A stretch of 64,000 nt of DNA from the NCBI RefSeq assembly GCF_009914755.1, contig NC_060926.1; one strand, written 5' to 3'. The translations under genes were made by a program, and so were the position numbers. Shown piece by piece: positions 61,540 to 64,000 of this stretch. The stretch comes from the human T2T-CHM13v2.0 reference genome, Homo sapiens. Each line of letters starts with the position of its first letter. Within the stretch, counting starts at the first letter, position 1. Below the pieces are notes generated by a model. It was not told the DNA's origin. It made no database searches and saw only the letters and a program-made list of their open reading frames with translations.

Positions 61540-61710
61540 ATAAATCCCATTTATTATCTGGTATGTCCCCGGCATTGTGCTAACACAGATAGCTCTACTA
61601 CCCATGTCACAGCAACTGAAACAGATAATATGCTCCTTTTTCAGGTAAAGAGACGGAGGCTCAGAGAGGTTAAACAGCTCACTCAAAGGCACAGAGCCAG
61701 TACATGGCAG
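61540..61710 (-). mobile_element. MIR remnant
   Basis: Core gaggctcagagaggttaa...cacagagccagt. Confidence 0.7.
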
Positions 61711-61719
61711 TACATCTCT

Positions 61720-62970
61720 TCTCCCGGGGCCGCCGTCGCGGTGATACTATTTAGGGCCACACGTCCCAGTGTTCAGCTTTCGTATTTACGTACTACTGTT
61801 TGGCAAGCGGGGACTCCTGAAGCTCTCTGACCCTGGAAAATGCGTGGCTTGCGTCACAGAGGAGCGTTTCTGGAACGCGCTCGCAGCACGACACCGCGGT
61901 GTGTGCAAGCGGAACGCCGCCCTGTCCTTGAGCCTTTTGGCTGAGATTGGGAGGGCAGAGGAAGCAGGAAGGTGGGATTTGTTTCAAAAGGGTGCGGGAA
62001 GGGGACGCTCCATACCGCCTCGCCTCTTAGTGTCCCCAGTCCCATCACCCGACGTGTACGGGGACGGCCGACACGCTCACCCCACACCTCGCCGGCTGGG
62101 GCGGGATCTGGGCGGCGGCTGCGGCCTGGCGCGCGCTCCGCATCTCCTTCCTCGGGAGGCTGGGCGGGACTCCGGCGAGGGGGCGGGCCCCGCAAGCGCC
62201 CGCCCCTTTTCTCTCCCCGCCTCCTTCCCGCTCCGCGTCCCGCCCAGCGGCGCAGGGGGCCGGGCTCCGGCTAGGAGGGTGGGGGCCGCGCCGGTGACAG
62301 CCGATCCCCGCCCCTGCTGCCCGCCACGTCCCTCACGTACCACTCGGCAGAGGCGCGGGGAAACCTGGCGTACTGGCTGTGGCTTCTCTAGCGGGACTCG
62401 GCATGAGGCTGGCGCGGCTGCTTCGCGGAGCCGCCTTGGCCGGCCCGGGCCCGGGGCTGCGCGCCGCCGGCTTCAGCCGCAGCTTCAGCTCGGACTCGGG
62501 CTCCAGCCCGGCGTCCGAGCGCGGCGTTCCGGGCCAGGTGGACTTCTACGCGCGCTTCTCGCCGTCCCCGCTCTCCATGAAGCAGTTCCTGGACTTCGGT
62601 GAGTGCGGCCCGGGACCTTGGGCCTTTTTGCGCGGTCCCGGGCGGGGAGCTGCGGCCGCTGCCCCAGGCCGGGTCGGCGCCGGCCAGCTCTCGCCTGAGG
62701 CGCACCCCTCCTCCTCAGCGTTTCCGCCCCCAGCGCCTTAGGTGCTTCCTTCCTCCCTCCGAAGTGCCGGCGCTGGCTGGCGGCGTAAATAACGGTGGGC
62801 GTGTGGCTTTGACCGTATTGTTGAAAACAAACCAGCTGGGCCGCGGGACGACCTCCCGCCTCCCGGCGCACGTGTGCAGGTGCGCGCTAGGCCAGGCCCC
62901 TTCCAAGGAGTCGGACCCGGGTGGGAGGCCGAGCGTGGGCACCCCCGAGAATCGCGTTTGGATTCCGTGC
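61720..62970 (+). promoter_or_regulatory. PDK1: PDK1 CpG island promoter with GC boxes and RCGTG/E-box motifs
   Basis: High GC and CpG content; GGGCGG boxes; ACGTG at 62052, CACGT at 62325 and 62334, CACGTG at 62869. Confidence 0.9.
62403..62598 (+). CDS. PDK1: Pyruvate dehydrogenase kinase 1, exon 1 (mitochondrial transit peptide; MRLARLLRGAALAGPG...SPLSMKQFLDF)
   Basis: ATG at 62403, PDK-family FSPSPLSMKQFLDFG motif, donor G|gtgagt at 62599. Confidence 0.97.
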
Positions 62971-63860
62971 AGTGATGATGAATGCCCAGTTTTGCATATG
63001 ATGATTGCATAGAATTGGCGTGATAATAGGGAAGGCAGATTATAACTGGCCCAGGGTTTCTTAGAATGTTTTCCTTGCCAGTGGCTTAAAACTGTTGGCA
63101 CCAACAGCACATTTCATCATCAGCAAGTAAGTCTTGGGCACGTGTTGAGTGCATGAGGACAAGATGCTGTGAAGTTTATTTACCACATTATCTTGGTTTT
63201 CTCTAGAAGCTGTTCAACAAATTGCAGAAGGAATTGCATAGTTAGGCATTTTAACTTTTACATCCCACTTCCCATGTGAAGGCGATGAGGGGAAAAGGGA
63301 AAACCTTAATGAATTCATAAAATTTGAGTACAAAGGTTATCTTCTGCATTGTGACTTCTGCATTGAACGATACCTGCATGGTTGGCAACTTTGTCTTAAA
63401 ACTGTGGTTTGTAGTGGCATAATTTTTGGCTCAAAGCCTTAGGTTTTTGTTTTTACTTTAAAATGACCCTAGTTCGAGGAAGGGGCGAATTTGGTGGTAT
63501 TCATGAGTATGCCATAAAACTTTTACAAGCTGTTTTCCTTTAGTACCTTAATTTCTACTGTTGACAATCTAGTTTTTGCTAACGTTTTCTCTTCTAAAGC
63601 AGCAAGAATAGTAAGTTTAAAATGCATTACTGGAATAATAAGACCTTTTAGTTTAATTTTAAATGGAGCTGTTTGCCAAAGGACATTCTACAACGATTCT
63701 GCTTAGGGAGTGATATGGGATCCTGATATGGGAGTGTAGAGGGGTCAGGAGACTTTCAGTAACCAGACAATTGAATAGGACCTACTTGAAGATGGTGCAA
63801 ACAGGCAGTGGTGAATTTTGCTGTTGCTTGAAAGCTTTCCTCTGCACTTACTCTTTTTTC

Positions 63861-63862
<2 letters not shown>

Positions 63863-63898
<36 letters not shown>
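63863..63898. repeat. (TG)n microsatellite
   Basis: Directly visible. Confidence 0.95.
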
Positions 63899-63899
<1 letters not shown>

Positions 63900-63900
<1 letters not shown>

Positions 63901-64000
63901 TTTTTTTTAAAAATAGAAATGGGGTCTCACTATGTTGCCCAGGCTGGTCTCAAACTCCTGGGCTCAAGCCATCCTCCCACCTCGGCCTCCCAAAGTGATG
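63900..64000 (-). mobile_element. Alu monomer / AluJ fragment (runs off the window)
   Basis: Reverse-complement Alu arm. Confidence 0.85.

Noticed and set aside
62379-62402. In-frame upstream GTG that could extend the PDK1 N-terminus
   Set aside because: No evidence of use; the canonical ATG gives the known transit peptide
61769-62602. 277-aa ORF over the PDK1 promoter
   Set aside because: CpG-island artefact in a different frame from PDK1; no recognisable domain

Overview
Primate (almost certainly human) genomic DNA spanning the 3' end of ITGA6 (transmembrane exon, alternative alpha6A cassette exon, alpha6B last exon and 3' UTR; + strand, ~4.2-12.7 kb) and the CpG-island promoter and exon 1 of PDK1 (+ strand, from ~62.4 kb). 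The ~50 kb between them is almost all retroelement-derived. (i) A four-deep nest: LTR33-like > MER39-like > HUERS-P1/LTR8 provirus > HERV-K(HML-5) provirus; the HUERS-P1 copy also holds a MER11 solo LTR, an L1PA and Alus. (ii) A second MER4-group provirus that holds an SVA, many Alus and a 2.8 kb insert. (iii) A solo LTR7, a MER4 cluster and an RPL31 processed pseudogene. The most notable observation is the 2.8 kb insert (48349-51167). It looks like a full-length L1-mobilised cDNA of a spliced HERV-H-initiated chimeric RNA: it starts at the LTR7 TSS position, has a HERV-H donor-to-unique-exon junction and an exon-to-L1 acceptor junction, and ends with its own polyA signal inside a TSD. Repeat family names are recognised from remembered consensus sequences, not from a database search.
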